Of a DNA stretch of 64,000 nt, positions 61,140 to 64,000 are shown in pieces (position 1 is the stretch's first letter; the number at the start of each line of letters is the position of its first letter). The position numbers and the translations under genes were made by a program. Under the pieces are notes generated by a model, which had not been told where the DNA came from, made no database searches, and saw only the letters and a program-made list of their open reading frames with translations. The stretch comes from Macrostomum lignano (taxonomy: Eukaryota): contig NIVC01002900.1 in assembly GCA_002269645.1 (NCBI GenBank), forward strand, positions 1-64,000. The letters run 5' to 3'.

Positions 61140-62509
61140 TCATTTCAGAATGCCAAACGGCAGCTTCCTCGCCACCGGCTGGCAGTCGGCCGCCACCGCG
61201 GCAGCCCCGCCGCACTCCGCCGCCATCAGCTGCAGCAGCAGCGGCGGCGTCGGCTCCGCCATCTGCTGCTTCATCGCCTTCCCAGCCAGCTTCTTTTTTG
61301 ATTTCGTTGATGCCTCATCGCGTCGGGTCGCCGCCGCCTGCCGTCTGAAATGGGAGAAAATCGACTGGCTTTGCCGTCTTTCTTGACCCACTATGACCTA
61401 CATGACCTACCCTGACCCACTATGACCTGCATGACCTACCCCTGACCCACTATGACCTGCATGACCTACCCCTGACCCACTATGACCTGCATGACCTACC
61501 CCTGACTCACTATGACCGGCATGATCTACCCCTGACCCACTATGCCTCAGTCTGACCCACTGAACCACCAAAAACTTGACCCATCCTGACCCATTTAATT
61601 TTGGTCTATTTCTACGCACTCAGCGGCTCACCTGCAGTCGCTCAGGTCGGCCATCGGCGGCCCCCAGGCGGCTCCCAGCCGGCAGCCGATGCCGTAGACG
61701 GTCAGCACCGCCCTGGCCGCCGCGGCCGCCTCTGTAGCCATGTCGAGCGTCAGGGGCCGGCGCTGCCAGTAGGCGTGGCCCGCCGCGTCCTCCTCCACGA
61801 CGGCAGGCGACGCAACCGAGCCCGCAGCCGCCGCAGTCAGCTGCAGCAGGGCCCTGAGGCTGACCCGGCGCCGAGGCAGCCCGCTCCTCTCCAGAAGGGT
61901 TTCGAACCCCAGACCGACGTCGCAGACTCGGCGCCACCGGCCGAGAGCGAAAGTGTCGGACAGCTCGGCGGCGTCGTTGGTTCCGTAGTGGAAGACCTTC
62001 GTGATCTCGGCGGACTGGAAGAGTCGGGCGAGGCCGCCGCGGCTCAGCACCTGCGGCCGGCGGGCCAGGTCGATCAGGTAGGTCGGCGCGGCAGCGGCGG
62101 CCGAGGCGGAGGCGCCCTCGCGACTCACCGCTACGGCCAGGAGGACTGGCGGGTGCCTCGGCGGGCCGCCGCGTCGGCAGCTGACAGCCAGCAGTGGCGG
62201 CCCTCCGCCGTCGCCGCCGACAGCTTTGCAAACTTCGTCATCCTCGGTGTCGAATCCGTTGCCTAGCAACAGGAGCGCGTCGACGAGGTGCCCGCAGGCG
62301 GCCGGGGACTCGAGCAGGCGGACTCCGGCCTGGGCCAGCATCGCCTGCCTGACAGCCTCGGAAGCAGCCGCCGACGACTGCACGGCGACGACGGTGGCTG
62401 CAGCCGCTGCGGCCTCGGCTTCTTCGGCAGCTGGGCAGTTGGCGCGCCTCTCATCACTTGAGAAGCCGACCGGCCCTCTACTGCTTTTTGCAATTTTTCT
62501 AAGCTTGCG
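61140..62509 (-). CDS. EXD1/Egalitarian-like 3'-5' exonuclease-fold protein; exons ~62509-61632 and 61344-61140
   Basis: TYLIDL...GLARLFQSAEITKVFHYGTND...VCDVGL...VSLRAL...YWQRRPLT...AAA pattern; phase-2 intron containing a 30-bp minisatellite; 5' end uncertain. Confidence 0.7.
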
Positions 62510-62921
62510 CTGTGTGCCTTTTATATCAGAGTAGTGTCTTGAATAGACCGTGCAGCTGCGCTCACAATGGAGCTCATTCTCTCTCCTCTGCCGCCTCGGC
62601 TCTGTTCAGCACCTGGGCGCCTCGCGGCGGAGTCTCACGCAATATTTTCAATGGCTTTTGGGGTTTGTTTAATTTCCGCTCTGCTGTCTGCGCAGATTCA
62701 ATTTTTCTGGCTGTCGCAGCAGCTTACTTTCAGTAGAAATAAGCGAATTTGTTACGGCAGTGCCTGCTGGGCGTGCCTTTGCTTATTAAGGCCCCCATGG
62801 CCCCTCTGTAGGGTCTAATTATGCCACTCAAGTTTTTTAGGCGCCCCGCCGCCCTCTGCTGCACTTCAAAGCTCTTCTTCAAGTTCTTCTGCAGCTTCTT
62901 TTGCGTTTCTTGTTTGTCCCG

Positions 62922-63076
<155 letters not shown>

Positions 63077-63422
63077 TGTAGTTGGGGCGCTGTTTGAGTA
63101 GCTTAGCTGAGCTCTTCAAACACAGCGGGCGGGGACGCTGATTCGTCTGTTTTGATGTCTGCGCAAGTTGGCGGCCATCAGGGTGCGGGCGCGTGAGCTG
63201 CTGCCGACTCCGCCGCGCTGGACAAACAAGTCGCCAGAAGGTGGGGGCGCAGCGTCATTGAGCGCAAGCAGCTCTACTGAGCTTTGATCTGTCAGAAACT
63301 CTGGAAGTCATTCAGACCATCCAAGGAATGCCAGCAAAAATGAGGCATATGAAAATGCTCTCTCTCAGACTCTTCTAGCTGTTCTTCGTGACGGAGAACT
63401 GATGAACTCAGAGCTGTCAACT

Positions 63423-63685
63423 GCTGGGTTTTAGTCTAGTAGTTGGAGCGTCGGACTCACGACTGAAAGGTCAGGGGTTCGATTCTCAACCCAACTCGGA
63501 ACAATTTGTGTCCTTGAGCCAGCCACTTAATTCTGCATTGCTTCAGTTTATCCATTGCGGTAAAATGGGTGCGGAGTAATTGAGGTTGTGTGTGGCGACC
63601 CCGGTCCTTGAACTGAACAGCCGTACGCACCTTCAGTTGTTGGTTGTACATCTGCCCAATAGGGCAAGGTGTAATCAATTGTTGT
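63423..63685 (+). mobile_element. tRNA-derived CORE-like SINE, second copy
   Basis: gagcgtcggactcacgac...ggttcgattc head; gtgtccttgagc...cacttaa...gtaaaatgggtgc core shared with the 27.9-28.2 kb copy. Confidence 0.75.
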
Positions 63686-64000
63686 TATGTCAATCATGTA
63701 AATATCGAATCCCCTGGAGATTTAAGCTCGCTGTTTAATTTCTAAAATACGAACTTCACGATGGACAATTTCTCAAGTTCCTGTTGTTTTCCAAAGTAAC
63801 CTGGTAAGGAAGGAAACCTTCAAATATAACACAGCAGTTTTTTTAGTTTCTGCTCAACTAGCCCTCAGGCTCAAGACATCGCACCATCCAGCCATGCAGA
63901 GCAAAGCTGTATTCACAACACACACAGTGAGTCGGCATCTGTGACCATCATCGAGTTTCGCTTCTGCGCTGCACTCAATAAAAGTGTGAGAACGAGTCGC

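Overview
Eukaryotic (metazoan) genomic DNA: GC-rich spliced host genes separated by AT-rich, transposon-dense DNA. The style (a different minisatellite in almost every intron, a 3' splice acceptor just before most CDS starts) suggests a trans-splicing flatworm such as Macrostomum, but this is inference. Host genes: a frameshifted KANK-like gene (-), a ~1,330-aa multi-LRAT/NC-domain protein (+), a plus-strand cluster APEX1 / orphan helical ORF / CPTP / SUPT7L that looks like a trans-spliced operon, and a minus-strand pair of EXD1-like and secreted TULIP-like genes. Mobile DNA: two MITEs with TSDs, a rearranged P-like element, a decayed Gypsy pol, RTE-like LINEs, CORE-type SINEs, an Ngaro-type tyrosine-recombinase retroelement inside a hAT-like element, and nested Gypsy (Mag-like) LTR elements in APEX1 intron 1. 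The most structured locus is 13.8-21.4 kb. It is a full-length Ingi-like LINE with a 5' HDV-like ribozyme fold, a 2A-like peptide and two PHD fingers. It is split by a 3.3-kb mini-Polinton (AGTAG termini, 6-bp TSD) that carries integrase, a penton remnant and a parvovirus-type PLA2. All protein-family calls come from motif recognition by eye; no database searches were run.
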